DNA of 62,713 nucleotides, filler included. It is 8 parts of 8 records of this genome, joined end to end, with 100 filler letters (N's around TTAATTAATTAA, not from the genome) between each part and the next. Parts side by side here need not be neighbours in the genome. Positions count along the whole stretch, not along the records: positions 9,314 to 16,286 come from SRR31156797_45082; positions 16,387 to 22,304 come from SRR31156797_45138; 6 more parts are not named here. The stretch is one strand, 5' to 3'. This document shows, in pieces, positions 10,042 through 19,449 of this stretch. The stretch's first letter is position 1, and every line of letters begins with the position of its first letter. Under the pieces are notes generated by a model. That model was not told the origin of the DNA. It was given only the letters and a program-made list of their open reading frames with translations, and did no database searches. The position numbers and the translations under genes are program-made.

Positions 10042-11178
10042 TTAGATTAATTGAACATGACAGAAACCCATTTTGTTCAGCATTTCTTTCATTTCCTCAG
10101 TTCCATTACTTAATTGAACATGATAAGCCTGAAATTCTCTGCGCAAAGGATAGGATCCTCGCAATACTTCAAATGTATCCGGACTTTGTCTTAATCGTTC
10201 ATCATCCTCCAGAATAGGATAAGTATGCCATACTGCTTTTACCCAAACATCCTGCACCGATAAACCCTGTGCGTCAATATGGATTTCCGGCTTCTCAGGA
10301 AGCGGAATATCATCAGGATACCAATCTTTTAATGGTAAATTGAAATACTCACTGATGGCCTGAACACTCGCTGCCGTACCATTTGCTTTACCATCGGCTG
10401 AATAACCTGCAATATGCGGTGTGGCGATCATACACTTATCCAATAACTGAAGATTGATATCCGGTTCGTTTTCCCAAACATCCAAAATAGCATTCGCTAC
10501 CGTGCCATTTTGAATAGCTTCCAACAGATCATTATTATCAATCACTTCGCCCCTGCAAGTATTTACAATACTTACTCCTTTTTTACATTGACCAAACATA
10601 GATGCATTAGCTAAATGATGCGTAGCAAACTTCCCTGTTCTTTGTAACGGGACATGGAAAGTAATAATATCTGAATGCTGAATGATTTCATCTAATTCCA
10701 CAAAGCCTTCGGTCCCTTCTTTTTCTGCTCTTGGCGGATCATTCAGTAAAACCCGCATTCCAATTGCTCCGGCTAAATCAGCAACTTTTTTCCCTACATT
10801 CCCTACTCCAACTATACCAATGGTTTTATCCGAAAGCCTAACATTCTGCTGCATTACCATTAATGCCAGTACCGAAGCCAGATATTGTTTCACAGAACCT
10901 GAATTACATCCGGGTGCGTTAGACCAATCGATGTTATTTGCCTTACAAAAATCTGTATCTATATGATCGAAACCTATGGTTGCTGTAGCTATTTTTTTAA
11001 CCTTACTGTCGGCTAAATTACTTTTATTGCATTGGGTTCGTGTGCGTGTAATCAGTGCATCTGCTTCCTTTATATCACCCGCCCCTGTTTTTGCACCCGG
11101 TAAATATCTGACATCCGCGAACGGCTCTAAAACACCTTTTAGAAAAGGTATTTTATCATCAGCAATAATTTTTATCAT
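10042..11178 (-). CDS. pdxB: Erythronate-4-phosphate dehydrogenase
   Basis: MIKIIADDKIPF, TATIGFDHID, NAPGCN, GVGNVG, DVWENEP, TPHIAGYS, C-terminal YPLRRE; start set at ATG 11178. Confidence 0.93.
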   Translation of the reverse strand: MIKIIADDKIPFLKGVLEPFADVRYLPGAKTGAGDIKEADALITRTRTQCNKSNLADSKVKKIATATIGFDHIDTDFCKANNIDWSNAPGCNSGSVKQYLASVLALMVMQQNVRLSDKTIGIVGVGNVGKKVADLAGAIGMRVLLNDPPRAEKEGTEGFVELDEIIQHSDIITFHVPLQRTGKFATHHLANASMFGQCKKGVSIVNTCRGEVIDNNDLLEAIQNGTVANAILDVWENEPDINLQLLDKCMIATPHIAGYSADGKANGTAASVQAISEYFNLPLKDWYPDDIPLPEKPEIHIDAQGLSVQDVWVKAVWHTYPILEDDERLRQSPDTFEVLRGSYPLRREFQAYHVQLSNGTEEMKEMLNKMGFCHVQLI

Positions 11179-11306
11179 GGAATAAATATTTGTGCAAATG
11201 TAGGGAAAATGACTTATAAAACGGATTTGAATTAACAATAATAAAACACAGAGGCGCTATGACACAGTGTTTTTAAACTACATTTTTTTCTCTTATTAAA
11301 ATTTAC

Positions 11307-11518
11307 ACGAAGAAGTGGTCTCTTTAATCGGAGAACAGCCTGATTTGCTCGGAGAAACACCCTATCCGAGGAGATAAGCGACCCATCCACCTCGGAGAGC
11401 CACTCATTCCGCTCGGAGAAATGACCCATTGGGTTCGGAGAAGTACCCCTTTATTGGTGAGAAGTACTTCATTGCCTCGGAGAAGAGGTTCATTTAGTCG
11501 GAGAACTGTACAATCAGG
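11307..11518. repeat. Degenerate tandem array of 10 units of 21-22 bp with core TCGGAGAA
   Basis: Units start at about 11307, 11328, 11349, 11370, 11392, 11413, 11435, 11456, 11477 and 11498. Confidence 0.85.
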
Positions 11519-11766
11519 CCAAAATTACAACTCAGTTTATTTTGTAAATAATATTATTATACTAAATTTATATCCAAATTAAACCTGAAACCAAAAACAT
11601 GTTGAATTATTTAATCAAATCAACAACCTACATTGTCTTACCTTTATTTAAATCTCTTTTAATCAATTCACCATTGATGTATTTTCGGCAGTTTCATAAT
11701 GCTTTCACTTTACGTGATAGCTCAGGATTAGCCCAGATTTTAATTTCCAAACTTTAATTTTTAAAA

Positions 11767-13977
11767 ATGAAAAATCTATTTCGTTTAGTAGTTTTATGTT
11801 GCCTTATTACAGGCACAAGTATCTTTGCCCAAAAGCAAAATTTTATTGTCGAACTGCAGTCATTTAAAAATGATTCTATTATTAGAACTGTAGATAATAA
11901 AACAAAAACTGACCTTTATGAGCGTTACGAACAAGAAAGCTGGCAGGTGATTCCACTCGGCAACAACCAGTACCAGATAGAACTTCTTGAATTTCAAAAC
12001 TACGCCCGAAGAAAAAACATGGGCAAAAAATGGAGAAGTACACAATCTAACTACTCTTTTCTTCCTGATGCAGAAAATATATTCACCGGTAAAAAACTTA
12101 TTGTTACTGTTTTAAAGAAGGGTATTAAAGTGGAAGGTGACAGCACCATCACTGACGCAAATAAAATGGGGATTCAAAACAGTTTTTTTGGCACCTTATT
12201 TTTGGGTAAGAACAAAATGTCCAACAAGGATTATAGTTTAAAAACCAAAAATAAAGATGGATCGCTTATTTACGAGTTCGTAAATACCGATAAACTTACT
12301 TTTGAACCCGCTTCTTTTTACAAGATTAGCCCAAAGAGTGAATTAGGCTACGATTTCAATCAGGATAAAACCTATCAATCCATATACGAGAGAAAGGAAT
12401 ATGACTGGAGTAAAAGAGATTCTGTAATCGCTTCTTATGAAAACTGGACTTCGATTACTGAAAGAGTAAAAACAATTGTAGAAGTAGACGAAGCTTACAC
12501 AGCCCATTACAGAGATGAGAATTTTGTAATACACGATTCCGTTTATAGCAAAACCAACGTAACCTTTAAAGGCAAGTTAACCAACTTTGATCCCAACTCG
12601 CATATCTCTATTGATTTTACCGAAAGCCTGCCCGGTTCATACAAACGAAAAGCCTTTGTTATTCACCCGGAAAAGGATGGAACTTTTGCTTTTAAAATGT
12701 ACCTCGACGAGCCAATGGAATTTACTTTCTGGCATCATGAAGTAACGCCAATGATACTAGCTCCGGGTGATGATTTGTACCTTACATTAAATATGGATGC
12801 CTTTGACGAGACCATAAAATGGACAGGCAGAGGAAGCGAGAAAAACCAATTTTTAGCCGATCAGTTTTTATTTGAAGAAGAAAATAATCTAAAACCAAGA
12901 AACTACTACGATCAACTAAGAGAGGCTTATGCTAATCTGGAAGCAGATGAATTTAAAAACTTATGTGATTCATTATACGCATTGAAGGCTAATTTTATTA
13001 AAAAATACAGAGCCACACTTCCTCCTCAACAATACCTGGGACATTTATATAATAGTTACCTGACTAATTATTCATCCAAAAAAAACTTCCCAAGATCTCA
13101 AAGCTACTACCGCAAAGAAGCTGGCAAAGAGCCATTGAAGATTGATGACAGCTACTACGATTTTAGAGAAAATTTTCATGCAGATAACGACCTTATGAGT
13201 TTTGCTGCCGACTACAACCACACCATCAGAGAAATCGTTTATTTTGATTTATACGATCAATTTAGAGATGAAAATCAGATATCATTCTCAGGAATGGATA
13301 AAAACTATCAAAATCGCATATTATATTCGAAACTCGTTTATTCAGGATTAAGTGCATATTATCTGCATTATATTACTCTAGGCGATATTATTCAAAGAGG
13401 TTCGTGGAATTTGGTGCAGGAAACCATCACTGATTTCAGGAAAGAATATCCAAACACAAAATTGTTGGATAACATAGAAAAGGTTTATGCGAAGGCTCAA
13501 ACTGTTTCGCCGGGACAAATGGCTTACGATTTTGAGTTGGAAGATCTAGAAGGAAACAAAGTAAAATTATCCGACTTTAGAGGCAAAGTAGTTTATCTTG
13601 ATTTCTGGGGAACAGGATGCGGACCTTGTCGTTACCAGATAGAGCATTACTCAGCAAAACTTAAAGAAAAAATGAAAGACAAAGACATTGTGTTTATTTA
13701 TGTAGCCTGCGAAGGAAATACCGAGCGCGTAAAAAAATACATGGACGAAAACAATGTGGGAGGCGTAAAACTAATTGCTAAAGATCAGGAACCCATTATC
13801 AGAGATAAATACTGGTTTAACGGTATTCCAGAATATTACATTATTGACAAAAATGGAAAAATTGTGGAGCGAGATGCACAACGACCAAGTTGGTTAATCC
13901 GTAATCCAAAACCATTACTGGATGCCTTAAATATTCCATTTGAAGATAAATCCAAAGAAGAACTAAGTACACTATAA
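11767..13977 (+). CDS. Exported TlpA-family thiol-disulfide oxidoreductase with long N-terminal region
   Basis: Signal peptide; C-terminal thioredoxin fold KVKLSDFRGKVVYLDFWGTGCGPC...GIPEYYIIDKNGKI. Confidence 0.88.
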   Translation: MKNLFRLVVLCCLITGTSIFAQKQNFIVELQSFKNDSIIRTVDNKTKTDLYERYEQESWQVIPLGNNQYQIELLEFQNYARRKNMGKKWRSTQSNYSFLPDAENIFTGKKLIVTVLKKGIKVEGDSTITDANKMGIQNSFFGTLFLGKNKMSNKDYSLKTKNKDGSLIYEFVNTDKLTFEPASFYKISPKSELGYDFNQDKTYQSIYERKEYDWSKRDSVIASYENWTSITERVKTIVEVDEAYTAHYRDENFVIHDSVYSKTNVTFKGKLTNFDPNSHISIDFTESLPGSYKRKAFVIHPEKDGTFAFKMYLDEPMEFTFWHHEVTPMILAPGDDLYLTLNMDAFDETIKWTGRGSEKNQFLADQFLFEEENNLKPRNYYDQLREAYANLEADEFKNLCDSLYALKANFIKKYRATLPPQQYLGHLYNSYLTNYSSKKNFPRSQSYYRKEAGKEPLKIDDSYYDFRENFHADNDLMSFAADYNHTIREIVYFDLYDQFRDENQISFSGMDKNYQNRILYSKLVYSGLSAYYLHYITLGDIIQRGSWNLVQETITDFRKEYPNTKLLDNIEKVYAKAQTVSPGQMAYDFELEDLEGNKVKLSDFRGKVVYLDFWGTGCGPCRYQIEHYSAKLKEKMKDKDIVFIYVACEGNTERVKKYMDENNVGGVKLIAKDQEPIIRDKYWFNGIPEYYIIDKNGKIVERDAQRPSWLIRNPKPLLDALNIPFEDKSKEELSTL

Positions 13978-13986
13978 AAACCAAAT

Positions 13987-14053
13987 GAGGGTTGTGAGAA
14001 CGAAAGTTCCTTTGTCATAGATATTCTTTTAAAAACTCACACCCTCTTTTTTT
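13987..14053 (+). terminator. Long-loop inverted repeat followed by a T tract
   Basis: GAGGGTTGTGAG (13987-13998) ... CTCACACCCTC (14036-14046), then TTTTTTT. Confidence 0.5.
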
Positions 14054-14190
14054 AACCAAATAATAAGTCAAAACTACCTTTGCTTAATTGTGATGCACAA
14101 TTGAAAGCCATAATACCCAATTTTATACTTCTTGATAATTCAAAAAAATCAATACCATAATTCTATTAATTAACTATAACAAAACAACTA

Positions 14191-16281
14191 ATGAAAAAAA
14201 TAAGCCTCATTACCTTAGTGGTAATGCTAAGCTTGAGTATTCAAGCCCAAACCAAAACCTTTAAAGCAAAGTATAACTTTTCGGCCGCTGCAGGTTTAAG
14301 TATTGAACAAATTGAACTTACCGACACTTCAACCATCTTATCGTTTGCATTCGAATCTTTTCCTGGAAATGGATTCTGGATACCGGATATGTCGTATATC
14401 TGCGATGTTAATACGCAGGAAAAAAAGTTTGCCATAGGAGCTGAGGGTATTAAATTAAACGGAGGTGGAAGTGTACCAGAATCCGGCGTTGCCCGCTATA
14501 AACTTATTTTCCCTAAAATGGATGAAAGCACTTCTAAAATCGATTTTGGCGAAGGAAATGATGGCGGTAACTGGTTTATTTACGACATCAGCTTAAATCC
14601 GGAAGAAAACAACTCACCTCTTCCTGCTCACCTATTAGGAAACTGGCTAAACCAAATGAAAGGCAATCTGATTATCTGTTTCTTCGACAAGGAAGTTTAT
14701 TATAAGGATCAGAAATGGGAATATGGGCAAGTTGCGCTTAAAAATGGTAAAGGAACTATTGAACTTATCAATGACAATTGCAAGCTTAACTTATTGGTGA
14801 AAGAGAAAAAAGGCAGCTTTAGCATTGGTGAAACCAAAGACCTGTTAATTCCAATTTGCCAGTCTGATTCAGAAGTACAACATTGGGATTTTGGTGAGAA
14901 TGCTAATGCTTATACAGAAATCGAATTTAGCACTGATTCTGCTGTTTATTCCGGTTACATTACCAACTTTTCACCTCGATACGGCTCTGAAGACTTAACT
15001 ATTTATGTCAATAATACCTTTATCGGCAATCAGGAAGAATTTTCTGGCAAACTGGATAAAAAAGGTCACTTTTCGGTTAAACTTCCTATTCTACACCCTC
15101 AGGATGTTCTTGTAAGATCCAATGTTTATAATGGTAATGTATTTCTTGAACCGGGCAAAGAGCTTATTCAAATTATTGGTTCCGGTAAATCTACTTTTAT
15201 GGGAGAAATGGGATCAATCAATCGGGATATCAAAAAACTTGGCCATTTCAACAGCCTTAGCTATGAAACAAGGATCAATAAAATTTTGAATATGTCTATT
15301 GAAGCGTATATCGATCTTCAACAAACTCATATGGATAAAAATCTGAAAAAATTGGATTCATTAGCAGTAGTACTACATGTTTCACCAAAGGCTAAACAAA
15401 TTTCAGAACTAGGAATTAAATATGGTTACACATCCAGTAAGTTTGATTACGAATGGATTTATGAAGATGCCTACCGCCAAAAACACAATATTCCCAGAGA
15501 GCAAAGAGAACTAGGGATTGATATACCTTCCTATAAACCCGAGAATTACCAATTTGTAAATGATGCTCTTATAAATAACCCTGTTGCACTTGTTTCCATC
15601 AACTATGATACGTTTATCAATGGATTAAAATATGCCGATATTACAAGATCGAGATACTATTCAAATCCAACCATTTATGAAATAGCCCAAATCTTAAAAG
15701 AGAGGGATATAACCATAACTAATGAAGAGCAATCACTCATTGATAAGCTTAATAAAGTTAAAGATGCCTCAACTGAATTAGATGAATTCTATCTTCAGGA
15801 GCGTCATATGGAGTTGTTCAGAAAAAATAGTATTGAGTGGAACGCAGCTTGGGAGAAACATGGTAAAGATGCCGATATTGCACTTGTAATCGAAGAACTA
15901 AAAAACACCCCTAAGCTTTCGGATGAGGATAAAAAATATCTAGATAAATGGCTACAATTGGTAAAACGTGAGGATATAAAAGAAGCCATACAAACTAAAA
16001 AATATCTTGCTGATCAAATCAAAGCGTTTGAAAATAATCACAAGGATATTTACGAAGCATATAAAATTAAAAAGCGTATCTCTAATGTTACAACTAGTCT
16101 TCATAATGTTTTAAATTTAGAATACGGTTTAGCGACAGATTTAATGGCAGCACAAGATCTTTGTGGGCAGATTATTTCAGAATATTCACCATTCTCTGAG
16201 CAGTATTTAGATTTTCTAACAGAAGGCATCACTACTCCTTTTATAATCAATTACATTAACAATACTTCGTTAAACTTTTAA
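14191..16281 (+). CDS. Exported protein related to the upstream TlpA-type protein; no thioredoxin domain seen; possibly truncated
   Basis: Signal peptide; SAVYSGYITNF...GHFSVKLP...VFLEPG aligns by eye with NVTFKGKLTNF...GTFAFKMY...MILAPG of the upstream gene; stop is 5 nt from the contig end. Confidence 0.7.
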   Translation: MKKISLITLVVMLSLSIQAQTKTFKAKYNFSAAAGLSIEQIELTDTSTILSFAFESFPGNGFWIPDMSYICDVNTQEKKFAIGAEGIKLNGGGSVPESGVARYKLIFPKMDESTSKIDFGEGNDGGNWFIYDISLNPEENNSPLPAHLLGNWLNQMKGNLIICFFDKEVYYKDQKWEYGQVALKNGKGTIELINDNCKLNLLVKEKKGSFSIGETKDLLIPICQSDSEVQHWDFGENANAYTEIEFSTDSAVYSGYITNFSPRYGSEDLTIYVNNTFIGNQEEFSGKLDKKGHFSVKLPILHPQDVLVRSNVYNGNVFLEPGKELIQIIGSGKSTFMGEMGSINRDIKKLGHFNSLSYETRINKILNMSIEAYIDLQQTHMDKNLKKLDSLAVVLHVSPKAKQISELGIKYGYTSSKFDYEWIYEDAYRQKHNIPREQRELGIDIPSYKPENYQFVNDALINNPVALVSINYDTFINGLKYADITRSRYYSNPTIYEIAQILKERDITITNEEQSLIDKLNKVKDASTELDEFYLQERHMELFRKNSIEWNAAWEKHGKDADIALVIEELKNTPKLSDEDKKYLDKWLQLVKREDIKEAIQTKKYLADQIKAFENNHKDIYEAYKIKKRISNVTTSLHNVLNLEYGLATDLMAAQDLCGQIISEYSPFSEQYLDFLTEGITTPFIINYINNTSLNF

Positions 16282-16286
16282 ACGGC

Positions 16287-16386
16287 NNNNNNNNNNNNNN
16301 NNNNNNNNNNNNNNNNNNNNNNNNNNNNNNTTAATTAATTAANNNNNNNNNNNNNNNNNNNNNNNNNNNNNNNNNNNNNNNNNNNN
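16287..16386. other. Artificial contig-joining spacer
   Basis: N44-TTAATTAATTAA-N44. Confidence 0.98.
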
Positions 16387-16932
16387 ATAAATATCGCCTG
16401 GGCCGAGCCCATGAAGTGGGAATTTGACCTGGCCCATTCCAATGTATTTTTTGAAGTAAGCCATATTTATTCCACTACCAGGGGTAATTTTTCCGACATC
16501 TCCGGAACTTTCATTTTTGATCCGAAGGCGCCTGAAAAAAGCAAGGCGGATATACAGGTTAAGGTCAAAAGCATCAACACCAATATCAGCAAGCGGGACA
16601 ATCATCTTCGTTCCAAAGACTTTTTCGATGCCGGCAAGTATCCGGTCATGCGTTTCAAAACCGAAAAGGTTACGCATAAAGAGGGGAATCAATATGAAAT
16701 GGAGGGGTTGCTGACAGTTAAGGACGTCACTAAAAAGGTAACTGTTCTTGGTAAATATCTGGGTATGATGGACAATCCAATGGATCCCAAATCATCAGTG
16801 GCCGGTTTCGAAGCCGAATTTGAAATTGATCGCCTGGAATACGGCGTAGGCAATGGCAAGTTTTATAAAATGGGAGTTGTCGGTAAAGAAGTAAAGATTA
16901 AAATCAGCCTGGAAATGGTTCGTAAAAAGTAG
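16387..16932 (+). CDS. YceI-family lipid/polyisoprenoid-binding protein (5' truncated)
   Basis: Frame is open from the contig start (..AWA-EPM, a signal-peptide-like end); WEFDLAHS, SINT....RDNHLRSKDFFD, GLLTVKDVTK. Confidence 0.9.
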   Translation: MNIAWAEPMKWEFDLAHSNVFFEVSHIYSTTRGNFSDISGTFIFDPKAPEKSKADIQVKVKSINTNISKRDNHLRSKDFFDAGKYPVMRFKTEKVTHKEGNQYEMEGLLTVKDVTKKVTVLGKYLGMMDNPMDPKSSVAGFEAEFEIDRLEYGVGNGKFYKMGVVGKEVKIKISLEMVRKK

Positions 16933-17013
16933 AATAATATGATTTAATTGAAGTAATTGCGTATGAAATATAGGCCGGCTCCGTAATGCGGGCGCCGGCT
17001 TAAATGATTTTGG

Positions 17014-17037
17014 GGCGCCGGTGAACTTTCCGGCGCC
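17014..17037. terminator. GC hairpin between convergent genes
   Basis: GGCGCCGG-tgaacttt-CCGGCGCC; no strong T tract. Confidence 0.45.
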
Positions 17038-18764
17038 TACTCTTGGTAGAGTTCCGGATATATTTTCTTGGCGCAGTCCGGGCATATTCCATGAGAAAAC
17101 CGTGCGTCAGTTCTTTCCTGGATATACTGTTCGATCTGCTGCCAGTATCCTTCATCGTCCCTGATCTTCTTGCAATTCGCACAAATTGGGAAAAAACCGC
17201 GCAGTTCCTTGATTTCCTTGAGTGCTTCCTGCAATTCCGATATCAGTTTCTCCCTTTCCGACTCCATTTCTTTACGATTGGAAATATCCTCTATAAAGCC
17301 AAAAACATATGCCGTGTCGCCGGATAAACTCTGCATTTTTGTTGCTGTGAGATTCACCCAAAAGTGATGCCCATTTTTGTGCCTGTATCGTTTTTCCAGC
17401 GTATATGATTTGTGCTCATCATCCCATACGGGACTAAGCAATTCCTGTTCTATCTTCAAGTCGTCAGGATGAGTTATTTCACCGAAATTTTTACCTTTTA
17501 ATTCGTTAATTTCATGGCCGAGCATTGAGGCCAAGGCGTTATTACAGTCCAATATCACTCCTTGTGTATCGACCATGCCGAATCCAAGGGGAGAAAGGTC
17601 TATGATGGTCCGATAACGGTTTTCACTCTCCTTGAGCGCTTCATCAGTTTTCTTGCGTTCGATAATATTCCTTAAAGCCGTTACCCGGATTCGCCGCCCC
17701 TGATAGTTTAGCATCCTGCCCTGGATCTCGGCGGGAAAAGTAGTTCCATCTTTACGTAAGGCCGTAACCTCATACGGCGTTTCGCGCCCGGTCATAATGT
17801 TTTTTCTCACCAGTTCGCGGTCCGCTGGTATTATCCAATCCGTCCCGGGCCGGCCGACTGCTTCTTCGCGATTATAGCCAAACTCCCTTTCCGCGCTGAG
17901 GTTTTGGTCTATGCATATACCTTGATCGGAAAAGAAGATGGATTCAAAAGGGGCGTCGGATAAAGCGGCTAAACGAGTTTCACTCTCCCGCAGCACCTCC
18001 TCGGATAGTTTGCGGGCGGTGATGTCTCTGGCGATACCCATTACTCCTATTATTTCGTTGTTGTTATCACGAATTGGAATGTTCTTGTATTCGCATATAA
18101 TCCGGGAGTCCTTAAACTGAAGCTCATAATGCGGCCTTGCCCCGTTCAGCGTGCTTCTGTAAGCGTGCATAGCTTTTTCCAATTCGTCGGTATCAAAAAG
18201 AGGAGCGAACGGCTTTCCTATAAATTCCTCTATCTTGCGGCCGGTCATAGTTTCGAAAGCTTTATTTATAAAGGTAACGTTTCCATCCGAGTCACATATG
18301 TAAGCCAGATCGTTTATTTCGGAAATGAGTTCCTGATATTTCTTTAATTCAGCTTCCGCCTTCCTTCTCTCGGCGTCCACACGTGATATGTAAAGCGCCA
18401 TTTCCGTGGTAATCTTCAGGTCCCGATCGTGAAACGGTTTCAGAAGATACCCGAATGGGTATGCCAGCTTGGCTCTTTCAAGTCGATCCGCATCGGCATA
18501 AGCCGTTAAAAAAACTACGGGGATGCCCCACTGGTCGCGGATAATCTCGGCTGCATCGATACCGTCCATTTCTCCTCGTAAGAGAATATCCATCATTACC
18601 AGGTCGGGTTGATGTCGCTTTACCAGGTCAAGGGCCTTATCAGCCGATATTGCTTTGCCGCAAATAGTATACCCAAGGCCCTTTAGGCGCGTTTCCAGGT
18701 CGGCGGCGATAATGATTTCGTCTTCAACAATCAAGACCTTTGCTTTTTCCGCCCTAATTGTCAT
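17037..18764 (-). CDS. Response regulator with REC, three PAS domains and a C-terminal Cys/His domain
   Basis: VLIVEDE...DLVMMDI...FLTAY...KP; PAS/PAC repeats (RDIT.RK, THPDD); ends CANCKKIRD...SHGICPDC. Confidence 0.88.
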   Translation of the reverse strand: MTIRAEKAKVLIVEDEIIIAADLETRLKGLGYTICGKAISADKALDLVKRHQPDLVMMDILLRGEMDGIDAAEIIRDQWGIPVVFLTAYADADRLERAKLAYPFGYLLKPFHDRDLKITTEMALYISRVDAERRKAEAELKKYQELISEINDLAYICDSDGNVTFINKAFETMTGRKIEEFIGKPFAPLFDTDELEKAMHAYRSTLNGARPHYELQFKDSRIICEYKNIPIRDNNNEIIGVMGIARDITARKLSEEVLRESETRLAALSDAPFESIFFSDQGICIDQNLSAEREFGYNREEAVGRPGTDWIIPADRELVRKNIMTGRETPYEVTALRKDGTTFPAEIQGRMLNYQGRRIRVTALRNIIERKKTDEALKESENRYRTIIDLSPLGFGMVDTQGVILDCNNALASMLGHEINELKGKNFGEITHPDDLKIEQELLSPVWDDEHKSYTLEKRYRHKNGHHFWVNLTATKMQSLSGDTAYVFGFIEDISNRKEMESEREKLISELQEALKEIKELRGFFPICANCKKIRDDEGYWQQIEQYIQERTDARFSHGICPDCAKKIYPELYQE

Positions 18765-19138
18765 TTAAGGCCCCTTTGGATGAGAAATCTTTTTGAGGCA
18801 GGATAGTGGATTAAAACCTGAAGTTTACCACTTAAATATTGCCCATTATTTATTATAACTTTTTTATTATAAAATCTCATAAGACTGAAGCGGAATTTCT
18901 CAATGACGCCTCTTTGCCGATATTCCGCGGCGGAATATAATTCTGCTTTGCCATCAAGTAATTGTACTTATTAAACACTTGGTTGCTGAACCATTATGGA
19001 GCCAACTTGGAGAGGCCTCAAGTCTGGAATAGGAAGAGCCGCCCAATCAAACGGATCAGGTGTTATTTGGCTCCTCATTGGTGGAATTGGTAGGAAGGCG
19101 TTTGTAGATCACGCTTTTTATTCGCCCGCCGTCGGCTG

Positions 19139-19336
19139 CTAATTAAGCTGCCCCAGAGCTAGAGACAGCATTATCGAAACAAGTATCCATACCGCTGCTT
19201 TCAGGCATCCTTCCCAATCTCTCCGGTATAACGTTCGATTTCTCTCTCCGCCCGAATGTTGATCATATTCCGACGAGAATTCAGGCGTCAGGATATAGCC
19301 GATCAATTTTACAGTTTTATTGTTCCGGCGCGCCAT
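19139..19336 (-). CDS. Small hypothetical protein (65 aa) with a C-terminal TM helix
   Basis: Strong TAAGGAGG RBS before ATG 19336; MARRNNKTVKL...AAVWILVSIMLSLALGQLN. Confidence 0.6.
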   Translation of the reverse strand: MARRNNKTVKLIGYILTPEFSSEYDQHSGGERNRTLYRRDWEGCLKAAVWILVSIMLSLALGQLN

Positions 19337-19397
19337 ATCAAACCTCCTTATAAATCCTCGGTGTAAATGCTTGTTAAAATCTATCAAATTTGCTATA

Positions 19398-19438
19398 CGG
19401 GAACAGATGCAATTATTAAAAAAAATTATGGGTACAGA
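19398..19438. promoter_or_regulatory. Candidate MocR operator (direct repeats)
   Basis: CGGGAACAGA (19398) and TGGGTACAGA (19429), 31 bp apart around an A tract, in the divergent intergenic region. Confidence 0.45.
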
Positions 19439-19449
19439 GTGGCGTGGAT

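Noticed and set aside
11232..11429. 65-aa minus-strand ORF over the repeat array
   Set aside because: It covers only part of the array, changes register at the +1 slips and has no recognisable motif.
11307..11518. The 21-bp array as a CRISPR array
   Set aside because: The conserved part is only ~8 bp, the variable parts are 13-14 nt and resemble each other, and there are no cas genes.
18991..19081. Inverted repeat GGAGCCAA...TTGGCTCC enclosing ~60 nt, a possible sRNA or riboswitch
   Set aside because: Short arms and no riboswitch motif I recognise; it needs an Rfam/Infernal search to support.
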